The notes beneath the pieces are model-generated. The model saw only the letters and a list, made by a program, of their open reading frames with translations. It did no database searches and had not been told where the DNA came from. A program made the translations under genes and the position numbers. This document shows, one piece after another, positions 1 through 13,937 of a DNA stretch of 64,000 nucleotides. Position 1 is the stretch's first letter. Each line of letters starts with the position of its first letter. This stretch comes from Leptogorgia sarmentosa (lineage: Eukaryota). The stretch spans positions 434,001 to 498,000 of the forward strand of contig OZ210885.1 of the NCBI GenBank assembly GCA_964658305.1, in the 5' to 3' direction.

Positions 1-902
1 CCAGCGATGTATAAAATGATTTATTGCTAGAGAATAGGCGAATAGCGCAAATACTTATTTCTTTTTTGACGTGAGGTTGTGCATGGTTAAGACGTGAGAC
101 GTATTCAATACTTGATATAAGCTTTCATGACTTCTCGCATTCCGGAATTCGCGCGATTCATATCAAATTGCATAATGAATTTAAACTTGACGAAATATGA
201 TATCGCATTTTATGCTATTGCGTCTTTAAAATAGAGACACTGAGACAGCGCTTTGCGATTGTTTGCGAAAAATGTGGCTTTCTAAAAACCAAATTTACTC
301 TTTTCAAAACCATATTATAATAATATATTTACATGCGCTATATTCTATCCATTCATGCAGCATTTGCCCAGACGCTCAAGGGTATGATCGGTATGCGCGT
401 AGGTTCAAAACAGAATACTTGAAACTATATATGATTTCGTTTGTTTTGTCTCGCGCTTAACAAACGCGTTTCATTACAAGCTCATTTCGCTCATTTCGCT
501 GTGTGTGTTTAAGGTAATACAATGTATAATTTGCGTCATGATATTTCTGCTTTGATGATCTAAATTCCATAGCAAACCTCTTTAATATCTTTAAAAGCAA
601 TGCCAATGTATGATTTGCGTCGTGATATTTTTGCGTATCTGCGTATAAATCTGCGGCACGCAGCGTCTCATTTCTATCCTATTTTTGATATCCAAACAAC
701 CCGTAAAACCTGCTGTAATTCTGTCATGTTTGCACTTACCAGATCAAGATAGGTCTCCGTATAAAATGGCGACAAAAATAGGATAGAAATGAGAAAAAAA
801 GTACAATATTTTAAAGGATTTGGTCGCTTCGAAGTATTTACAAATGGCGAACATGAGACACGACGCCGAACGAAATCAACATCGGAAATTATCGATATGC
901 GA

Positions 903-990
903 AAAGCTCTGCTCTGATTGGGTACAAGCTAACAGCACGAAGCTCTGATTGGCTAGAAGCTAACAGCACGAAGCTCTGATTGGCTGCAAG
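903..990. repeat. ~31-bp tandem repeat (3 copies) carrying CCAAT-box-like ctgattgg
   Basis: gctctgattgg(g/c)t(a/g)(c/g)aagctaacagcacgaa is repeated about 3 times. Confidence 0.7.
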
Positions 991-1633
991 CACGGTTACG
1001 GTTACAGTTACAGTTACAAGACGATAGCAATATATCTGCGTCACTACGTCACGCAGATACAAAAATCCCTAAATAGGGCTAGAATGGGGGTGGGGAGGTC
1101 AGAGGGTTAGAATGAGTCAAGGTTATTTTGCTCAATGCTCTTATATGGAGGAAGGCGCCAAAACTTTCTTCAACACAGAGCTATATTGCATATTGCTTTC
1201 AAATATCAAGCAGAAAGTGGCAGATCCAACTTTCATTGACAAACATTTACGAAATTTTGAAAATAGTTTTATGGAGGTCCAACGGACACAATGATGATTG
1301 CCTTTTCTTTAAACGCTGAAACCATAAACATTTATTTGATGATAAAATATACAAATATACATCTATCATATACTTAAAAACTGAAATTATAGTTAAACCA
1401 GGCTTAACTAACTCTACATATTCTGGGTAACAATTAATGAAACAACTGAGATTATAGCCCTTTAATAAAATCGTTGATGTTGGTTTTAGATATCAAGAAC
1501 CCGGAGAATTAATTACAGACAACTTACATGATACAGTTTAAGCGTACATAACATAAGCGTAAAACACCCAATCTTGGTAAAGTTTTAAACTGAAGTACTG
1601 TGCGTATCTCATCTGTTATTAGCAATGTCATAA

Positions 1634-2572
1634 CTAGGGTGTACTACGAACATTACAGATTTTTTTAAGAACTTTGAATGCCTCAGTTCGCAATAATGGC
1701 CTGGTCCAGAAAAATATTAGCGAATTTAAAATTGAGTTCAAGATTCTAGCTGTTCCCGCCCATATTTTAAACATGGTGAATTCTGGTGTGTGGTCTTCAT
1801 AAGGTTGAGAGTAGAGGATAGTGACTCCAGCAGTCAGACACAGAAAGAAACACGCCACAGCAAGAAAACAGGATTTTACAAGTTTGATCTCCTTCAGAAA
1901 TTTGCGCTCTTTTTCTCTCTCTGCCACGACGTTGACATTTCCAGGTGGTTTTCGGGTTTTAATGGCGATAAAAATTCTGGTATACGAAAATACAGCAAGC
2001 AGCAAGAAGAACGATAAATAAATGTCATGGACATCTTCGAGCACCTTAGTTTTCAAAAGAGACAGAAAAGTAGCCACGGTTATAAACACGAATGCACAAA
2101 CCAAAAAGACAGTGATTTTTCTTTTTGTCATCATCGTCCGATGCTTAATGGGGTGGAGGATACTCAAATATCTATCAACCGTCAAAGCAGTCAATGCAGC
2201 CAGCGACATAAAAAATGGAAGCGAAGCGATGATTATCAAGAAGCGCTGGGTAAAGCAATCGGCCTTCGCAAATGCTTCAGTGATACAAATGTAGCTCGAT
2301 AACGGTAAACTGACGAATCCTACCGCTAAATCAGCCAGTGATTGAACCATTATAAGGAAATAAACGATCTTTTCTCTCAATTGGGAGCATTTTCGTATGG
2401 TGACAACAGATATTCCGTTGAGTAAGATCGTGGGAATGATCAAAATCATAACAACTGAGCAAGCACTGATCATGTTGTTGAAATACGCTTTGGAGGGAAT
2501 CTTTGCCAAAACTTGATATTTTGTATTCAGCAAAACGCAACGCTGGAAAAATTTCTCACTTGTGGTATTCAT
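1634..2572 (-). CDS. Intronless class A (rhodopsin-like) GPCR, orphan
   Basis: 312-aa ORF with seven hydrophobic segments, TM1 LNG, TM2 SLADLAVG, TM3 VDRY and TM7 NSILNSLIF (NPxxY variant). Confidence 0.92.
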   Translation of the reverse strand: MNTTSEKFFQRCVLLNTKYQVLAKIPSKAYFNNMISACSVVMILIIPTILLNGISVVTIRKCSQLREKIVYFLIMVQSLADLAVGFVSLPLSSYICITEAFAKADCFTQRFLIIIASLPFFMSLAALTALTVDRYLSILHPIKHRTMMTKRKITVFLVCAFVFITVATFLSLLKTKVLEDVHDIYLSFFLLLAVFSYTRIFIAIKTRKPPGNVNVVAEREKERKFLKEIKLVKSCFLAVACFFLCLTAGVTILYSQPYEDHTPEFTMFKIWAGTARILNSILNSLIFFWTRPLLRTEAFKVLKKICNVRSTP

Positions 2573-2922
2573 AGTTTGCTCGTAGTGTCTTCACAACAGG
2601 AACACAATGAAATCTTTCAAGTTATATCCCATTTATATATAGGAGTTTTGGGGTGTCAAAATGCTATTAACTCATTTTACCGAGCGACAATATTCGTGTT
2701 TCTGCAGTTGCAAGGACGACAGAAAATTGAAAGCAATTTAAACAAGTAAGTTTGACACCGCATTTAATTATACATGTCATAAAAACGGCTTTCATTCGAT
2801 TAAGATATTGTTTCCAATATACATCGAATAGAACGTTAAATCTCCTCCTTGCGGAGGCACACAAGCAGTTTCGAAACTTAAGCAGATAATTGTTTTTGAG
2901 GTTTGTGATGCATGCACGAATA

Positions 2923-3174
2923 CAGGGTGTCCCCAAAAAAGTGACCGCTATAGAAATCACTGAAATCATTCTTTTGTTGTTAATCTCAGGTTATTGGCTA
3001 CACTCTGGAAATTTAAATTAACTTCTGACGAAAAGCAACGAAAGCGCGTGCTGTAATAAATGTCGTCTGTGAGCCATTCAATTCATGAGCCATTCAATTC
3101 CAAAGGCATAACAACGCACGCTTGACAACAAAAGAGTTGATTTTTATAGAGGTGACGTTTTTGGGGACACCCTG
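2923..3174. mobile_element. Tc1/mariner-type MITE
   Basis: TIR cagggtgtccccaaaaa ... tttttggggacaccctg, preceded by TA. Confidence 0.75.
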
Positions 3175-3236
3175 TCCCTGTATATGAGTACTATATGAAT
3201 ACCCTCCAATCATTTCTCAAATTTTATTGGTTAATT

Positions 3237-3575
3237 AATTAAGGAATAGAAAACATTTTCCATGTTTACATCGAGTTATGTAAACACGAGTGCAAGTTTG
3301 GGAGAACGAGAAATGTGTGGGAACACAAGCCCGAAAGGCGAGTGTTTCCACACATTTCGAGTTCTCCCAAACTTGCACTCGTGTTTACATAACTCAATGT
3401 AAACATGGGAAAATGTTTTCTATTACCTTTATAAAATAACACGATGACAAAAGAGGAATAACGGAATAGCGAGAAGCAGCGGTAAATAGCTGTGTTTACA
3501 TAATCTCACATCAACACGGCTGTTAGCCAATCACGCGCGCGCAGTCTTTTTCACTTACTTCCGGTTATTTTATAT
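3237..3575. mobile_element. Palindromic non-autonomous element (Crypton-like architecture)
   Basis: Near-perfect ~190-bp hairpin at 3241-3429 with loop gcccgaaaggcg, then a short IR pair tataaaataac...gttattttata. Confidence 0.6.
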
Positions 3576-3854
3576 TAAATAATAATTTTCATTTTAGTGG
3601 AGAAAAGGTGAAAGGTTTTGTGGGCACTTCAAGCTCAATTGTCACTGTTCGCTTGAGATTGTGATTAAACTTGAAAATTTCTTTTCAATACATTACGTGC
3701 ATACTTATATCGTTACTAGAAATACATATAATTATGCAGCAACCCCTCGCCTTACTAACCAATTTATGCAACTATATTTATGGAACATGAAGTTCCGTGA
3801 AGCTGCCTGAGGTTGTTGTCATAGCAACACGGTCGGGAATTCATATAAAACAAT

Positions 3855-4235
3855 TATTGAATGAGCTCAGGTTTAGGCCTCAGCAAATAACACAAACCTC
3901 GGCCTTAATAATTCCTCATATCCTACGAGAACCGAATTTAATAATTGTTTTATTTTTAATTTGTATCTTTATCCGACATAGTGTAAACGGTTGCATTGTA
4001 AACAAGAACTAACAAGAACCTGTATTTTTTGCAGCATAAATTATAGTCGACGTCATAATGTCGCATATAAGTTTTCAATATACGACATAATTACGTCATA
4101 ACGTCGTATATAAGTTTTCAATATATGACATAATTACGTCATAGTGTCGTATATGTGTTTTACTGAGCAGATATGACGAATTCACCCACTGCTCTTAACC
4201 AATCCAACTCCTGAATTATTTTAAATAAATAATAA
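3855..4235 (+). repeat. Palindromic interspersed repeat, family copy 1
   Basis: Shares ggccttaataatt...catatcctacgagaaccgaatt and atacgacataattacgtcata...ctgctcttaaccaatc with 26465-26853 and, inverted, with 23268-23490. Confidence 0.75.
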
Positions 4236-5444
4236 TTCTGTGTATTTCTTTAAAACGGTCAAAATATCAGCTTTTATCTTGTTTCTTATGTTTTATTAAC
4301 ATTTTTTTTGTATTTGGATGACTATTTGTTATCTGTACGGCATCATACTTACGGCGAAATACTACCATTATTTGCATCAAACGTTTTAGATATTGAAGTC
4401 AGTGTTTGAAATTTCCAGCGAATCTTCGCTCGAGTTCTACGTTCCAGGTCAAGATCGCTGAATTTTTCGAACTGGGTACAGCATATTTTCCGGATTTCGA
4501 CGTTTCCGATTGGGCATTAGAATTTTTTTTTAAGGCGGGGGGAGGGGGAGAATGCGGCACCCTCGAATCTCACGTAACCCCCCCCCTCCCCGTTGCTTCC
4601 CCACCCGTAGACAAGAGAATAAAAAACGACTTTAACTGTTTGAGCCAAGCAAATAATTTATATTATCATGTAACTCTTTAGAAAAGCAATATTTACATTG
4701 GTTTTATCTTCCTATTGTGATAACTTACTAGGTCACCTACCTAATTTGGGACAATTTGGGAGCGTTCGACGAATCACAATGCATGCACGACTTTTTGTTC
4801 ACGACTCACATTATTAGTTTGTTTTTCATCACATTCTCACCAAAACGTTTCGCCTTTTTTATGCCTAAATTTTCCTAAATATATAAATCTTGAAACTTAC
4901 AACTATTTGAAGCGTGTAAGTTGTTCCATTTTCAGGAGAGTATTTCTAATTTGATATCTTTTTGAGAACGCTACCAAACTGCTTGTGTATAACCTTAAGT
5001 GGTATAGCTGTCTATATAGAAGATAAATTTGAGTGTTTGTAAATGTATAATATTAATATATAGCTCTACATGCACAGTTTTTATTGGATAACTGACTTGT
5101 CAACTCCAAAACTAATATTTATAGTTTTTCAGAGTAATCTAGATAGCTACTTAGACACTAAATTTACTACTTTCTTTCTGTGAGTGTCGGCAGCTAGGCT
5201 TTGGTCCCTTTCTTTTTCTTTACTTTAATTTTATTTTCTGTTCTTTTTCTTCAAGTTACGACTTTTGCCGTTGTGGAGTTTTTTGAATCTACAATTTTTA
5301 AAGAATGTTATATAAATGATAGGCTAGCTAGCTAATACGTCCGCTAAAACGTTGTTGTTAAAGATAAAACAGAATTCGAAATTTTCATATAAAAATAAAA
5401 TATAGCTACACACCGAGGATAATGGAGGTCCAATCTTGAAATTC

Positions 5445-6232
5445 TCACCCACTGGCAGACGTTATTATTTTGTCTATCGACAGACCAGGATTTCGACACA
5501 TCTTTTTTAGAAGTTTTATTGCTTCTGTCCGTAATAATGGCCTAGTCCAGAAAAAAATTATTGAATTTAAGCTGGCATTCAAAAATGAAGCTGTCCCTGT
5601 CCACATCTTGAATAGAACGGAGTTTGGTGTGTCCTCACTGTAAGGTTGGAAAATTAAGAAACTGGCCGAGGCAAGGAAACAAAGAAGAAAGCATGCCACG
5701 GCAAGAAAACAAGACTTCACAAGCTTAATTTGCTGCAAAATGTTGCGTTCATTTTGGTTGTTCTGGGCGATATTTCCTGGACGTTTTCGCGTTTTGATGG
5801 CAATGAAAATTTTAGTATACATAAATACAGCAAGGACGAGAAAGAGTAACAAATAAACTGAATGAAAGGCAACAAGGATTTCGGTTTTCAAAACATGATG
5901 ATCCGCTGCGTCAAACAATCAGCTTTGCCCAAAACTTGTGTCATGCAAACATAGCTCATCAATGGGAGGGTGATGAATCCTACTGCCAAGTCAGCAATTG
6001 ATTGAACCATTATGAGAAAATAAGGAATCTTTTCTTTGAGCTGGGAATATTTCTTTATTGCAAAAACAGATATTCAATTGAGTAAAATCGTAGGTATGAT
6101 TAAAAGCATAATGAAAGAACAAGCGCTGATCATCTTGTTAAAATATGCTTTGGAGGGAATCTTAACCAATAGTTGGTATGCTGACTCGACCAAAACGCAT
6201 TGTTGAAAAAACTTGTCACTTGTGGCATTCAT
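5445..6232 (-). pseudogene. GPCR pseudogene, paralog of 1634-2572
   Basis: Starts MNATSDKFFQQCVL at 6232. In-frame TGA at 6074-6076 replaces the Gly of LNG. After ADCLTQRIIMF a deletion removes TM3-TM4 including DRY and shifts the frame into the 5445-5918 ORF (LKTEIL...IFFWTRPLLRTEA). Confidence 0.9.
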
Positions 6233-9200
6233 TATTCTGACTTATCTTTGCTGAATGGTTGACGAATGAATTCTGTCAGCTTACTGGTGAGTTCATTATA
6301 TATATATAGGGTTTGCAGTCATCAAAACTGCATGAAAAAGATATAACTACAAAGCAGATGATAACAATTAATACAAAACCTTTTAAGTTGCAACATTTAA
6401 TGAGTTTGCATTGTGTGGAAAAAGAAAAGCTTAATAGACTGATTGAAATTTAAAATTTTCCCAAAAAATATAGCAGCTGGATGGACAACCTTCATTCGAT
6501 CAGTTCTTCTAATATTATTTGTAGCAAAAGAATTACGGTTAGAAAAATTTAGTATTAGCCATCATCGAAATGTATTTTTCTTATCGCAAACATCTTACAC
6601 TATATGTATCGTAATTGATAAACTAATGAGAACTGAATTTCGTATGCAAGGTATAGAAGTAATAGAACATTTTAGAACCATCCAAATAATTTAAAAGCAA
6701 GTAATGACTTTTTTATTAAGTGCTGTATTTGAAGGACTATGCGTTATATTAAGAAACGATTTTAAAGATTGATGGATATTGATCATGTAGTAGAATGACT
6801 CAAGAAAAAAGTTTGGCATTTTGTTTCTTTTAAAACACGAACGATTTAAAATATTGGTCCTAACTTCCAATATATTAATTGAAAAGTCATATATGTTTCC
6901 AACTGGTAAGTTCTCACATTATACACAAATTTCCCTAATTCTACCGCTTTCCCATGCGCATGCGCAGCACTGCGTTGTCTAAGTTAATTGGCTTTAGACA
7001 GTCTTATAAATACAAATACATTACTGCAAGGGTAACCTAGTATTCATCAACTATTCTCCTAAAAAAACATGAAAAGTGCGGCGTTGAGCCATTGCTTATG
7101 TTGGATAGAGCCATCGAAATCACTTAATTAAAAGCAACTGTTTATAGAGCATACAATATTTTAATTTTGCTGACGAATTGATGAATTCATATCCCTCTTC
7201 TTAACTTTGCAATTAATTGAGCAATAGCTTTCGCCAACTGTCAAAGTTCTCACATTATCAACGGATCTTTTTAATTTTTTTAATTTTGTCGCGTTTCCCA
7301 TGCGTGTACTTTATTGTTGCATCATTGCAGTTGAAACGTTTCTCTTGATCAAATTTTTCCCAGCACAAATAACAATGACAGAAAAATGAGCGTCAGTTTT
7401 TAATATTTCTGCTTAGAAATTCAACTGGTTGGTTAATATACGCCTTCGCTCATATAATAAGGACTAAAATATTTTTTTTTGTTTTTATATTCGATCTTAT
7501 CGCAACTTGGAAGGGTTACTATTGTTATTATTTTTTTAATACATTTATTAATCATAGCGTTTCATTTTCCTGTTTTTCATAGGGCCGTGAGTAAAACTAT
7601 TAATAAGGTATCTATATACGCAAAGAGTAACGCACAACACTATTCAACCTTGCAATGCAAATAACACCGAATTTCCCAACGTTTTTGTTCATAATAGTAA
7701 TAATACGGTGAGCCGCCATTTTTGAAAAAATATTCACGCCGTAACAGCGAATATCACCTGAGACTGGAAGTCAGGCGGGGTCGAAAGTCTGGCTATGTAG
7801 ACATAGCAGATTGCAGGAAATGTTCTAGTCGCCTCAAATTAACTATACACTAAAGTCTCAAGTTCCTATATAATAAGGCATTTACGCTCACTCCAGAGGG
7901 CGAACTTTTTATGTTCCAAATCTAAGCGAAATGAGCTCAAACAAAGAACTGGGCTCATTAACCTTTAATTCACCACATGAAAAGTTGGACGCCAAACGTC
8001 ACCCAAAAGCATCTATAACGTTTTCCGTTAAAGAAACGCGTTTAAAAATGTATGCATGGATATCGCTTATCTCATTTTTTTGCATATATTTCACTTTTTA
8101 CAATTACAATATAATGATTTGAAATATTGGTTCCAATATATTAATTAGATATCGTTACAAGTTCTCACATTACACACAAATTACTTTATGCCACGAATAA
8201 ATATAATAATATCTAATACATATAACAAACAGAAAAGAACATGAAATATAAAGTGCGGCGTACTGTTATATACTTTGATTTTACCGTGTTTCTTCCTGCA
8301 TTGCTTGCATGCGTCTATATACGATTCAAAAGATTGAAAATTTCAATCTTTCAACAGTTTGAAAAACATGTCAGTCTCTTTCAGTATTGCTAAAACGTCG
8401 CGTGTGCGGCAATAGCAGGCCAAGAAGAAGCTTCTTTAAATCGAAAATCGATTGAAATTTGACTGAAAAGTAGCTTAGCTCCTTTTAGATTGATCAATTT
8501 TCTTTCAATCGCCCGTAAGATTTTTTTTCATTCAAAAATGTTTGGTTTGTAAAAACAATCGCAACGAGATTGTTCTTACGGGTAAATAGATTGAATTTTC
8601 AATCGTTTGAATTTAGAGAGTAATGTTTTTAGACAGTTTTTTTAAACTTTATTCCATGCACATGCTGTTTCTTCGCCAAATACGTAACTACATGGATAAC
8701 CTGAGTATCAATCAATTATTCTTCTAAAAAATATGAAACGTTCGGCGCATCGTTAAATTGTCGCTTCCTCAATCACTGTTCATGTTGTAGGATCTACTCT
8801 TCAACATCTCGCTCTTCACCGGTCTTGTTTGTAGGGAAAAAAAATTTGCTATTTGGCAAACATTTCACACTATGTGTTTAAAATAGTGAAAAGTACTACT
8901 GATTTGACAATATGCAATAGAGCAAGTTTGAGCAAGTCCTGTATATAGAGCAAGTCAGAGCAAGCTAGTTAAAATGTCTGACGAGCTTTCCTTATAAAAA
9001 TCCATGCATACATGATGAGACGATTGGATTTATGTTCTTGGACACTGGGACTTAGTCAAAATTTGGGCTGGGAATAGGAAGGCCCCCTTCAGGACCCTCT
9101 ATTACGTACTATTCTGATTCTTCAGTTCAGATAAATATTCATCTGATTTTCAATGATCTGAAACAAATTCAAGAAATGAAGGAATTGGGCGAACTATTAA

Positions 9201-11473
9201 AAAGAGATAATATTATTAATACTTTGTTCGCACACTGAAACGAGCCCATATTTGTTTTTATAATATTCTACAAAATCCCTCCATGAACTTCAAAGCGGTT
9301 TCAGCCAATCATATAGGCTGATCATTAAAGTTATCGTTCCAGGTCTCGCAGAGTCCACTCGCCAGAACATGAAACAGGAAATGACGTAATAACGAACAAG
9401 AAATGTAGCGAATAATCGAATAACAGCGAATTTTCACCAAATTGTTCAAAACACTTTGCCCATTCCATGAAAGATCCGCCATTTTGAAAAGCTCATTAGG
9501 TCAAGCCATTGGTCAAGCGGCCGAGCGGCCATCGAAGCAGTCATTAATATTCAGTTTTGTGGCTATCAGATGGAAATCCACCAACGGAGCCACTGAGCTA
9601 TACTTTACGGAGCCGAAAACTATACTTGCCTGGCACAGGGTGCCCCAGCGAGTAATAATAATACAAAAACAATATAGTTGGGTACATTTTCAATATTTTT
9701 TAAAGAAGCCTGTTCAATTTCCTCTACTCATCGTTAATTATGATCAATGATCCAGCTCTTACCCCTATTCCGCGTTTCATCCCCATTCCGCTTCCTCCAT
9801 TCCGCTTCCCGTTTTATCCAACACGTAGCACGTAGCTAGTCGTTGTCATGACCGGAAATATGGTGAGCAATCAACTTCTCAAGACATGCCAATCAAATAA
9901 ATTCACACAATAAAATTGCTGAAGGAAGTAAGAACATTCAATCATTTATCTTCTTCTCCGGCAATACAGACCACGCTAGATCAAATTCCAAACTTTTTTT
10001 GGCAAATATCAAGATTTTTCAGGTATATATACATGGTATCTATTATAAGGATATAAGATTTAACAAAAGTGTAATGGTTCGTATCTGTACCACAGGATAC
10101 TTCACCTTGAATCATTTCTGGAGTTTTAATCATGCACGTTTGTCACGTCGTATCGTCTTGCAAGCTCGTTTGTGCTTCCTTCCTACACTAACACTAAAAG
10201 TGTTGAAGGGAATGTATAACTATTTGAATTTATGGCTGTATTATCAATTATAGTAAAATCCATTATAGTACGTAACATTCTAAAGCAGTAAACAAAAGGC
10301 TTGCTAGCGAAATGCATGAAAAATTAGCGAAATGTTGATCAAAATCAAATATCTGTCGAAAACTGAATAATAATAAAATTATTGAATTCGTCTTGCGCTG
10401 GATACCAGGATTATTCAGACCCCGCTCAATATTATCTGCTTCACTCTTCGGCTTCGATGTCAATCTGATGAAACATTTATGTGTTTTGTAATTTGTAATG
10501 TTATTTATGTTTGTATTTCCCATTATAAATCACAACAGAAATATGCGTCTCGCTATGACATCGAGCTATATACTCGTCTTTTTTTGCAGAATGAATCATC
10601 TTGCCTTGATGTTTTGTCTTCTAATCGGTGTGAGTGGTGTGTTTGCGGTAAGCACCCGTTTAGTTTAGCAACTTTGCTAATTCAGGGGCGGGAAAGGCAT
10701 TCATGCAGAGATATACTATATATCGAGCCAGGAATCGAGCCAGGACTCGAGCGAGGACTCGAAAATAATGGATTGTCACAGTATTGTATATTTTAATGAG
10801 AAGTATTGAACCTTTTTAATTAGGCGTAGATTATTCGTTCATCTCATAGGCCACGTGTAAACGCCCTATATGGTGCTAGTTCTTTTGAGCATTCAGATGT
10901 GAAATACTGCTACATAACAGTAGTTGAATACCAGTGGATCCGGGTTCTAAAGATGCTGTTTTCTATTGAACGAGGCAGCTACAAAATGTATCGTGCATAT
11001 TTTGAGTGATAAACGGCTTTGTGTCGGCGATAAAGGCAGGCTACAGGCCATAGGTGTAGAGTTTTAGTTTTGTCTGGGGGGCTCATACTTAGTGACACTA
11101 ACACTATAGACACCCAGAAAAAGTTTTAAATTAGGGCTTTGAAACGGCATTTTCAGCATTCTGAGAGCAAATTTGGTGAAATATTTTAGATTTTCTAAAC
11201 AATATTTTAATGGTGCATTTGTGATAAATCACATAAGCATACAAATTTAATCAAGGTTGTATACAGGTATTTATATTGCATACTTATATACTGTATTTTT
11301 CGCAAATTGATTGGTTTTAATTTTGTGATGGAAGTTTAAAAATACAATGCAGCTGATGGTAGACAATTGACACCAGAAATTAATGAAGTTGATTATTTTT
11401 TGCAATCATTACTCATTAGTGTAAGTATATATATAAGGTTCTAATTTATTATAATTTAAGATGTTCTTTACAG

Positions 11474-12717
11474 GATGCAGCATGCACAAGCAGTTGTTCC
11501 TGTGGCAAAGATGAGGCCTCGAGCAATCATGATCATTTGGAGAAACGAACCATCAAGCAGTGCACTTATACGAACTTGGGTGAAGGAAAGGATCAAGGAC
11601 AAATTATGGTCAGTTTATAACTCAGTTTTCAATATTTGAGCATAGTATGAAGTTATGCAAGCAAAAACATAAAGATAAGGCCTGTAAAAGTAAACATACA
11701 GTGTGGAAAAACAGATTGATGTTTCAGCATAAGTTTTCTTATTTAATTGTTGACATTTGTACTCATGTAGTAACAGTCGATTGTTAAGCAGAACATGGAT
11801 CTTCTCGCTATCACCCTATATGTTTAATTTTGTTTTGTTTTTGAATAGTATGCAGCCGTCATGAACTTTTTATTAATATAATCTCTAAAATTGTGTGCAT
11901 GATTCAGTATATTTAAGACGCAGTACAGTATAACTAAATAAACAGTGTTGATAATTAAGTGATCTTTATTGCTTTCGAGGTTCTTGAACATAGAGCAAAT
12001 CAAATGACGTAATTGGGTTACAGTGGAGCCCGTTAATACGATCACTGTTCGGCCAGAATGTTTTGGTTGTATTAACGGGTATTAGGAAATACACTAGCGT
12101 TTTTTATTTCGTGACAAAAATGTGGTCGTAATAACGAGGTGGTCGTATAGCGGGGTTCCACTGTATCGTCAATTATGCGGCTACGGGAAAGGCCAGAATT
12201 TCCGTTCTAGTTAATTATTGTTAAGACTACATCATGACGAAAATGTATCGAAGTTGACATATGATCTTAAAGTGTGCTAATCGATTTTCCTAACTCGAAG
12301 GTCTGGGGAATGATCCATTGATTCTGTATTTATTGTTGTTCTATTTACTCTCTAAAGACCTGTAACTTCCAAAAGAATCAGTCGGGTACAGCCCTGCGAG
12401 TTACCTATCATGGAGACATAAGAGTGGTCAGTTCTTCTAATGCTTGTCGACGATGGTTCATCACAATCAATGACAGTGAATGCACTTCTCCTGCAACAAT
12501 TGAAGCTTCCGTTCACCCTATTGGCGTGTCAGGCCTGAACAACCATCGTCCAGGAACTCTGGATGGTTTCTGCGAAAACATTCCCAAGGGTCGCGTTGTT
12601 GTTGGTCTGTCCATTGGCAAATGTAAATATGGCTACGAAAATAATCCAGGGGATGGGTACACATGTTGGGGAGGAGTTTGTCGACTGATTATTGAAGAAG
12701 TTCCTCCTTTGCAATGA
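11474..12717 (+). CDS. CTHRC1-like C-terminal domain protein (5' end not located)
   Basis: Exon 11474-11608 (..KQCTYTNLGEGKDQGQIM) and exon 12358-12717 (TCNFQK..ALRVTYHG..CRRWFITINDSEC..PATIEA..HRPGTLDGFC..RLIIEEVPP) match the CTHRC1 C-domain pattern and join in phase 0. A further exon is possible at 11353-11420. Confidence 0.85.
12021..12163. mobile_element. Tc1/pogo-type MITE in intron
   Basis: TA|cagtggagcccg ... cggggttccactg|TA. Confidence 0.75.
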
Positions 12718-12869
12718 ATGACTTATGATTTAATGGATGATAAAATTACACTGAGCACTCAATAGTTGATAAGCAAGTATAATTTGCCAAAATTAAGGAT
12801 AGGAGCGTATCTTGTGACAAATAGTGACAAATGCAAAATAAATTCATTCAGTGTTACAGTGTGTTATTC

Positions 12870-13188
12870 AGCTCACTTCCCATAGGGGCTTTTCAGTGGC
12901 CGATTACATCAAGTGTTAAGCTTACTTTTAACCTAAACTAGCTATTTTTACAACAATTGACATTTACTTCCCTAGCTGTGTTTATCCTAACCCAACCTGT
13001 TAACTTCCCTGTGGGAGGAAACCGGAGCGCCCGGAGAAAACCCACGACTTTCGGGAGAGTGTTGACTGACTCTTTTCACATGAGTGGAGCACTGGGATCA
13101 AGTAACATTGAGAAAGTTCTCTCTGAGAATTGAACCCGCAACCTCAGGTGAAAGGCGAGTGCTCTGACAACTGCGTTACCTAAGCCCC
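12870..13188 (-). mobile_element. tRNA-derived SINE with V-SINE-type core
   Basis: The minus strand begins ggggcttaggtaacgcagttg...ggttcaattctc (A/B box-like) and contains gtgggttttctccgggcgctccggtttcctcccaca (V-domain-like). Confidence 0.75.
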
Positions 13189-13937
13189 GATGTAAAACAT
13201 CCGATGTAAAACGATTAGAAATGCGGCAATGATACACCGACTTTGTCCAGACATATTTAATTTCTTTCAAAGTTCAAAAGGACCACCAGTTTACCCCGTT
13301 TAACATATACTTCACCATAGGAGGTATTACCAAAGCATAGTTTATCTAATCCTCGATCAACAACTCTGATTGACTATCTAATCCTCGATCAACAATTCCG
13401 AGACATGCACCGCCATTCTTGCAGACACTAGAATTCAACTTGCCAGGATATAATATATTACAACTGACCAAAAGTCACTTAAAAACCGCGGGTAAAACTA
13501 GGGTAGAATTATCACAAATGCGCTATGCTTGGCATTTTAGACTTGCCGCAATATCGCAATGTAGAAATACCTATAAACGGCTTGTACGAAGTTCTTTCAG
13601 CCTGAAGCATAAAATGAGCTTTATTCCGCCCAGGTGAAAAATCAGGTAAAAATTGAAAATAGCAAATTTTATATATTTCATTGTAATAGCAACTTCTATG
13701 CAGGTCTCCAACACAGGTATACAATCATTTGTCCATTTTGTGTGAGGTACAAAGAAATGACACAAGTAAAAACGGTATTCCATATCCAAAGTTTTTAATG
13801 AACTAGTCGTTTTAGCTTTAGTTTCATATCTAACAAAACAACTATGAACCACACATTTGGGTAACAAAATTTAATTTTAATTATTTACAAAATGAATAGG
13901 AGGGTTTTAGTTTTTTGCTTATACAAAGGAACCCAGA

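Noticed and set aside
13110..13188. tRNA gene
   Set aside because: The A/B boxes are degenerate and continue into a SINE core, with no convincing cloverleaf.
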